From an uncultured delta proteobacterium (GTDB lineage: Bacteria > Desulfobacterota > Desulfuromonadia > Desulfuromonadales > JACZKF01): 64,000 bases of DNA. The translations under genes and the position numbers were made by a program. Positions 27,653 through 38,217 of this stretch are shown piece after piece. A model generated the notes under the pieces. It worked only from the letters and a program-made list of their open reading frames with translations. It was not told where the DNA came from and did no database searches. Positions within the stretch are counted from its first letter, which is position 1. Every line of letters starts with the position of its first letter. The DNA lies in NCBI GenBank assembly GCA_963848425.1, contig CAWKDO010000011.1, forward strand, positions 355-64,354. Reading direction: 5' to 3'.

Positions 27653-28012
27653 TTACCCGCCCGCCTTGGCCTGCCAGAGAGCCAGGGCCGCGCCGGTCGG
27701 ATCGATGATCACGCTGAACCAGCCGTAGACGGGGACCTCGGTTACCTCCTTGACAATGGTAGCGCCCAGGGACTTCGCCTTTTGGGTTGCGGCCGCCACA
27801 TCGTCCACCAAGACGTATGCCAGCCAATGGGAGGAGCCCTCCGGCATGGGGTTCTTCATCATCCCGCCACCGGTTCCCTCCCCCACATTGATCATCGTAT
27901 AGTCCGTCCCCGGAGCGTCTTCCAGTTTCCAGTCGAACAGGTTCTTGTAGAAATCCTTGGCCCTTGCCATATCGTTTGTCAGCAGCTCAATATGCACGAA
28001 CGGATTTGCCAT
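27653..28012 (-). CDS. VOC/glyoxalase-family protein
   Basis: 119 aa. FVHIELLTNDMARAKDFYKNLFDW... and GWFSVIIDPTGAALALWQ are typical of the glyoxalase/bleomycin-resistance fold. Confidence 0.8.
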   Translation of the reverse strand: MANPFVHIELLTNDMARAKDFYKNLFDWKLEDAPGTDYTMINVGEGTGGGMMKNPMPEGSSHWLAYVLVDDVAAATQKAKSLGATIVKEVTEVPVYGWFSVIIDPTGAALALWQAKAGG

Positions 28013-28072
28013 GGCTCACCTCCCATAAAGTTTATCCGACAGTATCAGCGAAAATGCCCCCGGCGCCTAAAC

Positions 28073-28294
28073 CTAGGCACTGCAAATTATTTCCACCAGC
28101 CGTACCTCGTCGGGGAACTCGCCCGTCTGCTTTTTCGAATAGGCCAGTGTTCCGTTAACAACGACCTCAAACACCCCGCCGCTCGACTCGATCAGCCTGA
28201 CCTCCGCAGGCATCGCCTCTCTGATCCGCTCCGCCAGACTGGCGGCTCGCTCGCGATAGCCTCACTGATTGCAGTATTCGATGGTGATCAGCAT
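28073..28294 (-). CDS. SelW-like selenoprotein (in-frame TGA = Sec at 28262-28264), copy 2
   Basis: GGGAGA-N6-ATG. MLITIEYCNQ-U-GYRERAASLAERIREAMPAEVRLIESSGGVFEVVVNGTLAYSKKQTGEFPDEVRLVEIICSA-stop(TAG). The same CxxU motif and the CCGCCA-GUC-UGGCGG hairpin after the UGA (28231-28245). High nucleotide similarity to 16190-16390. Confidence 0.8.
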
Positions 28295-28415
28295 GATGAT
28301 TCTCCCTGCCATTCGTTTACGGAAATTATACCATCGCTAATTCCCCGTCCCTGCGCCAAGCTCGGCAGGGATTAAGTACCGTGTGGTAGACTTTGAATAG
28401 GAAAGGTTCCTGGCG

Positions 28416-29916
28416 ATGATTCTGGAGATGCACAGCCACACTGCGGAATTCTCCTCCTGCAGCCATGTCGCAGCGGTCGATCTGGTGCGGCGGGCCTGCG
28501 ACCTCGGTTTGCAGGGGATCGTGCTGACCGATCATCACCACTACTGGCCCCCCGAAAAGCTTCTGCGCCTGCGGCGCAACACCGCGCTCCCCGATCATTT
28601 TGTGCTTTTCTCCGGACAGGAGGTCACCACCTTCGATGTCGGCGATGTTCTGGTCTACGGCGCCGATGTCACCATCCAGAAGGGGACGCCCCTGAACGTG
28701 ATCCGCACCCGCTTTCCCGAGGCCGCCATTGTTTGGGCGCACCCCTATCGCGACGAGAAGCATCCGGCCCCTGAACAGCTGATGAATCCGCTGCTCGACG
28801 GGGTGGAGATCTTCAATTCGAATCAGACGCATCTGGAGAACAGCCGCGGCCTGCACGATTGGCATCAGTACCGCTTCACCGCCACCGGCGGCACCGACAC
28901 CCATGCCGTGAACTATACCGGCACCTACCCGACACTCTTCGATCATCCGGTCGCCTCTGTGACGGAACTTGCTGCCGAGTTGCGCCGCGGCCGTTGCCGC
29001 CCCTTCTTCAAGGAGGTTCCGCATTCCGGCAGCAACATCCAACTGGCGGAACTGACCTGGGGCGCTCCCGGCAGCCCTCGCGAAAGAATCATCGTCAAAG
29101 AGGTCAAGCCGGAGAAATGGGCGACTGCCGACCGCTCTTTCATCTCCTTTCCGAACTGCATCGACTCGGCTTTCCGGCGGACCCCTTCCAGGTGCCGCTC
29201 CCTTTGGCCCGCGATGCGGAGGCCCGCACGCTGGTGGAACAGGGGATGGGCGGACAACCCTGTACGAGCAAATTGTGCATGCCGATCCGGCCGCCGGCCG
29301 GGAGAGTCTCGAGCTGGCTGCGGCTGGCTGGCGCGCCTGCATGGCATGCGGCTGCAGATCACGGCGGAGGAGGAGTTCCTTTCTCTGGAGGAGGCGCTTT
29401 TCACCGGCTATCTCGCGGCCTTCACCACCATGGAACACCGCCAGACCCGGCGCGCCCGCGAGGTTCTCGAACATATCCTGCAGGTTGAGCGGCAGCTTTA
29501 CTTTGGCCACCCGGAGCGACTCGTTCAGGGGCACGGGGATTTCAATCCGAAGAACATTCTCATCGGCCGGGACGCCGCCGGTCACTCTTCCGTCGCCGCC
29601 ATCGATTTCGATTACTCCTGCTGCATGCCGCCCGCCCTGGACGTGGGGACAATGCTCGCGCAAATGCGGCATGAGTTCTTCCGCCATCCGGAGGCGATGA
29701 AAAAGGCGACCGAACAATTGTTTTTCGATGCCTACCGGCGGGCCGGCGGCGGCGACGGCGCTTTGTTTCCATCGAGATCGAACTGTTTCGGGCGCGCGCC
29801 AACCTGAGCATCGCGCACTACCTGATCAGATCGGGCTGGGCTATGGCGAAGATATCTGGCGGGTGTTGGTGGAAGCGGATCGGAGCATGGCGCAAGTGAC
29901 CATGCACGGGTACTGA
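28416..29916 (+). pseudogene. PHP-domain protein fused to a phosphotransferase (APH/kinase-like) domain, several frameshifts as assembled
   Basis: N-terminal PHP motifs MHSHTAEFSSCS, VLTDHHHY, TGGTDTH. The C-terminal kinase-like part is split over frames (..ELHRLGFPADPFQVP.., ..WLARLHGMRLQITAEEEF.., HGDFNPKNILIGRD..AAIDFDYSCCMPPALDVG). Confidence 0.6.
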
Positions 29917-29986
29917 GGGGAGAAGAGGAAAAAGGAAGGGGCCGGCGTCTCTGCCCGGGCCCCTATTCCAGGATCAGCTCGCTCTA

Positions 29987-31837
29987 TCAGGTCGTCTTTC
30001 CCGGTGTGGGGTTGCCCAGGCGCTGCCACCGGCTGAGAATGACCGAATCGAGCGCCACGGCGAGACCGAAGGAAAATACGCTGGCCACCAGGGGAAATCC
30101 GCGAGTGGCGAAGAGATCTGAGAGAAAGACATTGCCGCCGCCGATCAGGATCACCAGCAATGCCACACTGCGAATTTCCTTGTTGCGACGGAAAAAAGCG
30201 AAGAGCATCAGGCCGGCGGCGGACGCATTGATGACCACGGACTGGATACAGGCAAAGGCGTTGGCCACATCGCCCGGGGATGCCGTAAGGGCCAGAAAGA
30301 GCAACACCCGCAGCATCAGAAAACCATTGATCAGGGCCACCATGAAGAGCAGAACCGCGGAACGGTCTTCCTTGTCGAACGGGGAGTAGATCTGCGATTC
30401 TTTCGGCGGCGCGGTTTTTCGGCACCAGTGGAACTGCAGCAGGGCACAGAGGGCGGCCATTCCGGTCGCCGGGGCATAAGCGAAGGAAAATCCGGCGGAG
30501 TCATGCCCGTGCAAGGCCAGGCCGAGGGCAATGCCGACATAAAGCTGCAGCAGCAAGGCGGTCACGCGGACCCCGCCGCTGCGCCATTCCGCCGATAGAT
30601 GCGCCATCGCCAGCGCTGCCCCGGCCAGAATGGGGAGATAGGCCAGGGCATAACCGGCGGCGGCCAGGGGGAGCGACAGGATCAGCAGTACCGAACCGGC
30701 CAGGGTAAAGGTGTTCGTCCCCGGCGCCCCGGCGATTTTTCTCCTTCCCAGCCAGAAGGCCAGAAACAGGTACGCCGCCGCCACAGCGGCACCAAACATC
30801 CCCAGCAGGATAATATTTTCCCCTCGGGCGGTCAAAACGTACCGCATCGCCAGGAAGGCCCAGATGACGTTGATCGTCGGCAACGAGAAGTCGAAACGGG
30901 AAATTTTGCCGGAGTTGTCCTTCAGAATGCCGTAAAGGGAAATCGCCAGGTAAATGGCGGACAGCAGCGCCACCATCGGCAAGAACCACGGCAGGGCCTG
31001 CCCCGCGACCGCGACTTTTCTGCTCAGGGAAAGACCAAGCTTCACCGCCCAGACCTGGAAGGTGAATACCGTCAAACCGAGAATGATCCAGCGCAGCCAG
31101 GAACAGCGTTGCAGTCTGGTGGCGAAAAAGCCGAGGATATTGGCGAACAGCAGGAGGAGCACCAGATAGGGAAAGATGGGGTTGGGGTAGTTGACGGCGA
31201 AAGCGGCAATGCACATGCCGAGAGTCCCGACCAGCATGGGGAGCGCAATACGGAATCTGTAGCTGATGCCGGCCATTGCCGCAGCGGTGCACATCAACAG
31301 AAGGTACGCCGGGATAGAAGGGAGAGAGGCGAAATGGGCATGGGTTTCGACGATGATGGTGAACATCAGCGCCGCGCCGCAAATGGTGAAAACCGGTGCC
31401 AGCGGGCTTGACCGGCGGTAGTTGTACCAGCCATAGCCGATCAGCGCCGCGGCGTAAGTCATACCCAGAAGGGAGCCGAGCTGTTTATCGAGAATATCGT
31501 TATCGGTGACGGTCCGCAGCATCAGTGCCACCACCAGCAGGAAACAGAGGGTGGCTAGCTGGGGGAGGAGTGAAGACTGATTCACCCAGGACAGGATCTC
31601 TTCCGAGGCGTCTTCCGGCACAGGGGGTTTTGCCGGTGCCGGCGGGGCGGAAGCTTCGATCTTTTTCCCCCGCAGTTGAACCAGCGTCACTTGCATTTCC
31701 CTGATATCCCGCTCCAGAAGTTCTACGCGGGCTTCCAGTAATTTCACGGCATCGGCCATATCTTCCCCCTTAATCGAGCGTCCGTCCGAACGCTTTGCCC
31801 TGAGCCCTTTGATTTCCCCTAGCAATTTCATCAACAT
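29987..31837 (-). CDS. DUF2339-family polytopic membrane protein
   Basis: 616 aa and intact. N-terminal coiled-coil (LEARVELLERDIREMQVTLVQL), a Pro/Ala linker, then ~16 hydrophobic helices. Confidence 0.65.
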   Translation of the reverse strand: MLMKLLGEIKGLRAKRSDGRSIKGEDMADAVKLLEARVELLERDIREMQVTLVQLRGKKIEASAPPAPAKPPVPEDASEEILSWVNQSSLLPQLATLCFLLVVALMLRTVTDNDILDKQLGSLLGMTYAAALIGYGWYNYRRSSPLAPVFTICGAALMFTIIVETHAHFASLPSIPAYLLLMCTAAAMAGISYRFRIALPMLVGTLGMCIAAFAVNYPNPIFPYLVLLLLFANILGFFATRLQRCSWLRWIILGLTVFTFQVWAVKLGLSLSRKVAVAGQALPWFLPMVALLSAIYLAISLYGILKDNSGKISRFDFSLPTINVIWAFLAMRYVLTARGENIILLGMFGAAVAAAYLFLAFWLGRRKIAGAPGTNTFTLAGSVLLILSLPLAAAGYALAYLPILAGAALAMAHLSAEWRSGGVRVTALLLQLYVGIALGLALHGHDSAGFSFAYAPATGMAALCALLQFHWCRKTAPPKESQIYSPFDKEDRSAVLLFMVALINGFLMLRVLLFLALTASPGDVANAFACIQSVVINASAAGLMLFAFFRRNKEIRSVALLVILIGGGNVFLSDLFATRGFPLVASVFSFGLAVALDSVILSRWQRLGNPTPGKTT

Positions 31838-32122
31838 GCAATTTTATAACAGAGTACCTGAAGGCCTAAATGCCCAAATAATAACAAATTTCTAAGTTAG
31901 CCTAAACCCGATCCGCCCAACTTGGTTCTTGTAAAATCAAACATTTTTTTATATTCTGCAAGTGCAAAAACTCTAGCACAAAGAAAAGGCGTCGCCAACA
32001 GACAAATAAAATCCTGAACGGAGCTGCACTTTTTTGAAGTGTTTGATCCAGCGGCTTTATTTTTTTCGAAAAGAATGAGAAGTTAACCTGGTCTCGAAAT
32101 CCGATGGGGAAGGGAGCGTCTG

Positions 32123-32619
32123 GTGAAAAGTCACGTCTGGCGACCACTGTACGTGGTCATTGCTTTTGTCGTCGCATTACTGGTATTTCGTTTGTTCTAT
32201 GTCCCCAACGACTTCGGCTCCGGCAAAATGGGTTTCATGTACTCCTTCCACCGTAAATCCAATGAAGCGGAATGGAAGAATCAGCCGGTCAAGTACCGGG
32301 ATACGGGCAAAGCAGAAGATGCATGAATACTGCGCCCAGTGCCACGGCGAAGAGGTGAAGACCCGTAGCAAGACCTCCACGGCATCATCCCTTGCGAGAA
32401 CTGCCATGGCCCGGCACTCAACCATCCTGAAGCACCTCGGAAAGCTAATCATCGACCGCAGCCGCGGAGCTTTGTCTGCGCTGCCATACCAGCCTCCCTT
32501 ACACGACCAGTGAACGCAAGCGCATCCCCGGCATCGAACCTAAAGAACACAATCCCGGCTTGGAATGCGTCCTGTGCCACAACCCGCATAACCCGAGACT
32601 GGAGGACAGGAAACAATGA
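32123..32619 (+). pseudogene. membrane-anchored tetrahaem cytochrome c (NrfH/Cbc-type), three frameshifts as assembled
   Basis: N-terminal TM helix (LYVVIAFVVALLVFRLF). Four CxxCH motifs are recovered across frames: CAQCH, CENCH, CLRCH, CVLCH. The stop TGA at 32617-32619 overlaps the ATG of the next gene. Confidence 0.75.
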
Positions 32620-33388
32620 ACAGGCGAGATTTTATCAAAAATTGTATCGTAGTCATCGCCGGAGCCTCGGTCCCGCTCTCGGCCCTGGCACTTGTTGACC
32701 CGAAGAAGGTGCTGGCGGATAATCCGGAAATCCACTGGGCCTTTCTGATCGATACCACGAAGTGCGTCGGCTGCGGCTTCTGCGTCAAGGCTTGCAAGAC
32801 CGAAAACGACATCCCGATGGATGCCAATGTCACCCGGACCTGGGTGGAACGCTACGTCTACACCAAGGATGACCGGCGCTATATCGACAGCCCCAAGGGC
32901 GCGCTTAACGGCTTTACCGATTCCCGCATCGACCTGGGAGAGGGGAATTTCAAGGAAATCGATCCGAAAAACGTCGGCAAGGCTTTTTTTGTCCCCAAGC
33001 TCTGCAATCACTGCGAGACCCCTCCCTGCACCCAGGTCTGCCCGGTTGGCGCCACCTACAAGACCGACGAAGGCCTGGTTCTGGTGGATCGAAATGGTGT
33101 ATCGGTTGCGGCTATTGCATCATGGCCTGCCCTTACGCCGCCCGCTTTTTCCACCCGGTACACAAGGTTGCCGACAAGTGCACCTTCTGCTACCACCGCA
33201 TCACCAAAGGGCTGGAGACGGCCTGCGTCAATGCCTGCCCCTTCGGGGCGCGCAAAATGTGCAATATCCGCGATATCAACGACCCGGTCACCAAGATCAT
33301 CCTCAACGAGCGGGTCGGCGTCCTGAAGGACGAATTCGGAACCAAGCCTCAGGCCTTCTATATCGGCCTTGCCCAGGAGGTGCGCTAG
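32616..33388 (+). pseudogene. 4Fe-4S ferredoxin-type subunit with Tat signal (NrfC/PsrB/HybA family), one frameshift near 33095 as assembled
   Basis: Twin-arginine leader MNRRDFIKNCIVVIAGASVPLSALA. Cys clusters CVGCGFCVKAC, CNHCETPPCTQVCP, (C)MACPY, CTFCYHRI..CVNACP. The C-terminal part lies in ORF 33122..33388. Confidence 0.8.
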
Positions 33389-33390
33389 TC

Positions 33391-34724
33391 ATGGTCGAAC
33401 AGCTCGCACAACACGCTATGCAGGTCCACGGGGAAGCCTGGACCATCAAGGAACTTTTCGTGCTGCCGAACGAATACATCTACTGGTCGATCCAGATCGT
33501 CATGTATCCGTTCATGACCGGTCTGGTGGCGGGGGCCTTCGTTCTTTCCTCGCTTTACCATGTTTTCGGCGTGCAGAAACTGAAGGAGATCGCCAGGTTT
33601 TCCCTGGTTTTTTCCTTTGCCCTGCTGCCGGTGGCGATGATGCCGTTGATGCTGCACCTGCAGCAGCCGTTTCGGGGGATTCACGTGCTGATGACGCCGC
33701 ACTTTACCTCCGCCATTTCGGCGTTCGGCATTGTTTTCCTGACCTATGCCTCCATCGTCGCGACGGAACTGTGGCTGGTCTACCGGCAGGCATTTCGTGC
33801 TGACGGCTCAGGCCTTGCAGGCCAAGCAGAACCGGAGCGCGATTGACAGCCTTCTGCCTGTTGTCTTTCAGGATCCTAACCCTGGGCGCCATGGACATCA
33901 GCCCCGAAGCCATCGAAAAGGACCACAAGGCCTGCAAGATCATGGCCGGGATCGGTATCCCGGTCGCCTGTTTCCTCCACGGCTATGCCGGCTTCATCTT
34001 CGGCTCGGTCAAAGCCAACGCCCTCTGGATGACCCCGCTGATGCCGGTCATTTTCATCTGTCGGCGGTCGTTTCCGGGGATTGCCCTCTGCATCCTCTGT
34101 TATGTGATCGTTCAGGAGATGCGCAAGTTCCTGGCCAAGCGGAAGATGGCCCGCTGGGCCAGGGATGCCGAATGCGCCCGACCGTTGAGGAGATTGAGGG
34201 GCGCGAGAGCACGAGGTCATGATTGCCTCCAACTACCTTCTCTACTTCATGATCGGCGCCATAACGCTCGAAATCCTGGACCTTATTTTCCGCGGCTACA
34301 CACAGGTCAAATCATGGGACATCCTGCGGGAGGTCATCATGGAGAGGGATTTCACCAAAATTTTCATCATGCAATACGCCATCGGCAATGTGTTACCGTT
34401 CATGATGATGGTTCTGCCGGGCGCACCGTAAGACGCACCACGATCGCACCGTGCTGGTTCTGTTCGGTGTATTCATGATGCGCTAGAACGTAGTTATCGG
34501 CGGGCAGGCCTTCTCGCTCAGCTTCGCCGGGTTCATGGATTATCATCTGCCGATCATCCCGCATGACCTGGAGACATTCAAGGAAGGGCTCTTCGGCGCC
34601 CTCACGGTCGCTGCGACCCCGTTCGTGCATCTTTTATTTCATCAACAAGTTTCTTCCGGCTTTCCTCAAAGAAGACGATGCGCATGGAAAGACGGAAACA
34701 GCCAAGCCGGGCGTCTCGCTGTAA
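33391..34724 (+). pseudogene. NrfD/PsrC-family polytopic membrane (quinol-interacting) subunit, at least four frameshifts as assembled
   Basis: Hydrophobic pieces are co-linear in three frames (33391.., 33843.., 34219..34431, 34535..), for example WSIQIVMYPFMTGLVAGAF, MAGIGIPVACFLHGYAGFIFGSVKANALWMTPLMPVIFI, VLFGVFMMRWNVVIGGQAF. The position after the NrfC-like gene fits. Confidence 0.65.
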
Positions 34725-34745
34725 TCCTAATCTGACTGCATGCAC

Positions 34746-34776
34746 AGAAAAAGCCCGCTATCTCGGCGGGCTTTTT
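34746..34776. terminator. bidirectional rho-independent terminator
   Basis: AGAAAAA-GCCCGC-TATCTCG-GCGGGC-TTTTT between convergent genes (NrfD-like on +, sensor kinase on -). Confidence 0.75.
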
Positions 34777-34820
34777 CTATGCGGAAGCAGAAGATTATTT
34801 AGGCACCGCAGCCAGGCAAT

Positions 34821-37090
34821 CTACTCTCCTCCATTAAGTGGCTCAATCCCGCAGGGGCATTTTTCGATGACCGCATTCAGCTCCTCAAGACGTATCGGCT
34901 TGACGAGAAACCCGTCCATGCCCGCTGCCAGGCATTGCTCCCGATCCTCCTGGCGGGCATGGGCGCTCAGGGCAAAGATGCAGGGCCTTGATCCCCGTTC
35001 CTTCTCCTGTTCACGGATCAGCCGGGTCGCTTCCAGGCCATCCATCTCCGGCATCTGCAGGTCCATCAGAATCAGATCGACTTTTTCCGTCTGCCACTTC
35101 TCCACCGTCTGGCGACCATTTGCGGCAATGAGAACCTCCGCCCCTTGCTGCTCCAGGAGCAATTTCACCAGATCCCGCACCATTGGATCATCCTCGGCCA
35201 GGAGGATCCGCCGGGTTCGCTTGCCCTCGACCGCGGTTTTGGCAAGCTGCGGCTGTTCGTCGGTAGTCTCGGCCGGCCGCAGAGGAATGGTGAAGGTGAA
35301 GGTGCTTCCCTGCCCCTCCTGGCTCTCCAGCCGAATGTCTCCCCCCATCAAATGCACCAGTTCCTTGCTGATCGCCAGCCCCAGCCCGGTGCCGCCATGG
35401 CGGCGGGTCAGCGAACTGTCCACCTGGGTGAAGGGCTGAAACAACTGGTCGGTCTTATTCGCCGGGATGCCGATGCCGGTGTCGCGGACGGTGAAAACCA
35501 GTTCGTCGCCGACGCCGGCAACCGTGACCGCAATCTCACCGCGTTGGGTAAATTTGATGGCATTGCCCACCAGGTTGATCAGCACCTGCCCAAGGCGAGC
35601 CGGATCGCCACTGATCTGCGCCGGCAATTGCGGCGCCACCTGCCAGCGCAATAGCACGCCCTTTCCCTGACTTCGAGCGGCAAATAGCTCCACCGCTTCG
35701 CGCACGCACTGCCGAAGATCGAACGGTTCCAATTCAATCTTCAACCGGCCCGCCTCGATTCTGGAAATGTCGAGCAGGTCATCGATGATGCCGAGGAGTC
35801 GATGCGCGGAGGTATCGGCCAGGTCCAGCAGCTGCCGTTCCTCATGGGCGGCCGCGTCTGCTGGAGAATCTCCACTGAACCCATGATCACGGTCATCGGC
35901 GTGCGCAGTTCATGGCTCATGTTGGCCAGGAACTCGCTCTTGGCGCGGCTGGCGGCCTCGGCACCTTCCTTGGTCTTGACCAGGCTCGCCGCCATTGCCG
36001 CCACCGTGCTGCGCAGCGTTTGCACCTCGGCCGGCGCCAGCGGATCGTTTCTTCGCGGGATCTCGCCGGTGCCCATGCGCCGCGCATCCTCGCCGAGGCG
36101 CAGCAGCGGCCCGGAAATGGTCCGGGCAAGGAAAAAAGCCAGCAGGAAAGCGATCATGGTGATCAATGCGGTCAAGGACAGATCGCGGACCATCGTCTGT
36201 TGCAACGGTGCGAAAGCGATCGCCGTCGGCCGGCCGGCGCCGGCGACCCAGCCGAAATCGGGGATTGGCACTCGCGCCGACAACCACTCCCCTTCCAGAG
36301 AGGCGGGTTTCATGATCCCCATCTGAGGTTTTCCAGTGGCCAAGGCACGCTGCAACAAGGGATCGCTCTCCCGCCATTGCCCGCGTTCCTTCCAGGTGAT
36401 CGCCTCCTCCGGGCTGAGATAGACCAGCATCCCCTGGCGATCGAAAAGGGCAATGCGGCCGCCGGAAGGCCGCTCATGCGCCAGAGTCAGCTTGCCCACC
36501 TGTTCGGGTCCGATCGCCGCCACGATGACGCCCTGCAGGTGTCCGACATCGTCGCGCGCCTCGACGGCGATGAAGAAGATGGGGCTCTCGGTGATGCTGC
36601 CACGGAGGAAAAGATCGCTGATAATCCAGGGCGCACCGGCCAGAATCTCCTGGAAATAGGGGCGGGCGGAGATATTGCGGCCAACCAATCGCGGCACGCT
36701 GGAGGCCAGAATGGAGCCGTCGAGGCCGACCCAGTTCAGGTTGCGGATGGCCGTAAAATGCTTCGTGCCTTCCGTGAGGATGCGTGTCGCCTTGGCATCG
36801 GTATAGGGCGAAAAAGTGAGAAGCGCCTGTCCGGTGACATGCAGATGCTCGCGGACGCCGTTCACATAGGTTGCGAATGTCGTGGCGACGCCCTGGGCGA
36901 CCTCCATCTCGGTCAGCAACTCGGTTCGGCGCAGGGCTTGGTAACGCTGGTAACTGCTCCATCCCAGCAGCAGGGTCATCGGCAGCAGCACCAGCCCGAT
37001 AAGCAAAAACAAGCGGGCCTGAATACCGCCGGAAAATACCAGGCAGGACGGCCGTTTTTCCTTCTGTGGATCGGTCTTTTTCGGAAGCAT
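34821..37090 (-). pseudogene. hybrid sensor histidine kinase (periplasmic Cache-like sensor, HAMP, HisKA, HATPase, receiver), one frameshift near 35864 as assembled
   Basis: ATG 37090 ([12 protein letters not shown]). Two TM helices flank a ~270-aa periplasmic domain. H-box SHELRTPM. After the frameshift ..[45 protein letters not shown]. Then NLVGNAIKF, DTGIGI, GGTGLGLAI, and the receiver LLAEDDPMVR..DLILMDLQMPEMDG..K. Confidence 0.85.
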
Positions 37091-37357
37091 TCTGTCTCTT
37101 CTGCGTCCATTTATTTTTGTTAAACAATAAACTTTATCATTTAATTCCTTTTCAGAGCAAGCACAGAAACGCTTTGGGCCTGCATCGAAAGGGAATCCTT
37201 CCGCATTGCAGTCTAACGGGCAGGAGCGCGGAAACAACCGCCGGTGGGGGATAGCCCTCTTGCTATTGCAGTTGGTGTCTGGACTATCTTTCCTTGACAC
37301 CCCCCTTCCCGCCGATAAAATCCGCTTACAGAGCCCGTAAGAAAGGAGTCGAAGCCA

Positions 37358-37759
37358 ATGGAATACCGGGAGTTGGTAAATGCGGTCAGAGAACTCGAAT
37401 TCATAAAGGATGAAGGGACGGCGGAAGCGGCGGTGAAGGCGGTCCTCGGGGTGCTGGCGAGCCGGCTGGAGGAGGATGTGGCACGGGAGTTCACGGAGTC
37501 GCTGCCGGCGCCGCTCGACTACGAAACGCTGCGCGGGCAGCAGGTGAACGTGACCGATGTTTCGGTGCAGCAGTACCGAGGAACGATCGCCAGTCAGTTC
37601 AATCTGCCACCCGACAATGCCTGGCAGCTGGTGCGGACCGTTCTGCATATCGTCAAAGACGGCCTTGCCGAAGAGGTCATCGAGGATATCCAGGAGACGC
37701 TCCCCGCCGACTGGCAACGGATCTTCCACACCGAAGGAACCCCGGGGGGGCGCAGTTAA
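37358..37759 (+). CDS. DUF2267-domain protein
   Basis: 133 aa. A two-repeat helical pattern (..[31 protein letters not shown].. / ..[29 protein letters not shown]..) is typical of DUF2267. Confidence 0.65.
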   Translation: MEYRELVNAVRELEFIKDEGTAEAAVKAVLGVLASRLEEDVAREFTESLPAPLDYETLRGQQVNVTDVSVQQYRGTIASQFNLPPDNAWQLVRTVLHIVKDGLAEEVIEDIQETLPADWQRIFHTEGTPGGRS

Positions 37760-37849
37760 TTAACATGTCGATGGCCGTGCGCGTCGGCGGAGCGTAAGAG
37801 AGAGGAAGCACGCCCCAAAACCGGCAGCGGCTGCCGCGCAGGGGGAAAC

Positions 37850-38101
37850 ATGATGTTCCGCATCCGGGTCGAATGCTATGCCGGTTACCGGGGCGAGGAG
37901 GCGCCGCGGCGCTTTTTCTTGGGTGAGCGCAAGGTGGAGGTGGTCGAGATCCTGGATCGCTGGCTAAGCCCCGATCATCGCTACTTCAAGCTGCGCGGCG
38001 AGGATGGCGGACTGTACATCATCCGGCACGATACCGAGTCGGATGCCTGGGAGCTGACCCTGTTCGACAGCGGCATCGCCCATGAGCCGATGTCGCGCTA
38101 G
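37850..38101 (+). CDS. hypothetical protein
   Basis: 83-aa ORF (MMFRIRVECYAGYRGEEAPRRFFLGERKVEV..). No family recognised. Confidence 0.45.
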   Translation: MMFRIRVECYAGYRGEEAPRRFFLGERKVEVVEILDRWLSPDHRYFKLRGEDGGLYIIRHDTESDAWELTLFDSGIAHEPMSR

Positions 38102-38217
38102 CAGACGCCGGTTTTGCTGATTTTTTTAAGTTGCTTTCGTCCGGCCGTTCCGAATAAAGTAAAAAGACCGGATTAGTCATCTTCGGGCAGCAAAAGGCAA
38201 AGGCAAGAATCGAAGAC

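Noticed and set aside
27782-28375. 197-aa plus-strand ORF spanning the glyoxalase and SelW-like genes
   Set aside because: It is open only because it runs antisense to two minus-strand genes. The SelW-like reading with TGA = Sec and the glyoxalase reading both have recognisable families.
37091-37729. N-terminal 213 codons of minus-strand ORF 35741..37729
   Set aside because: The sensor kinase has a convincing start at 37090 (MLPKKT followed by a TM helix). The extension is antisense to the DUF2267 gene and the promoter region.
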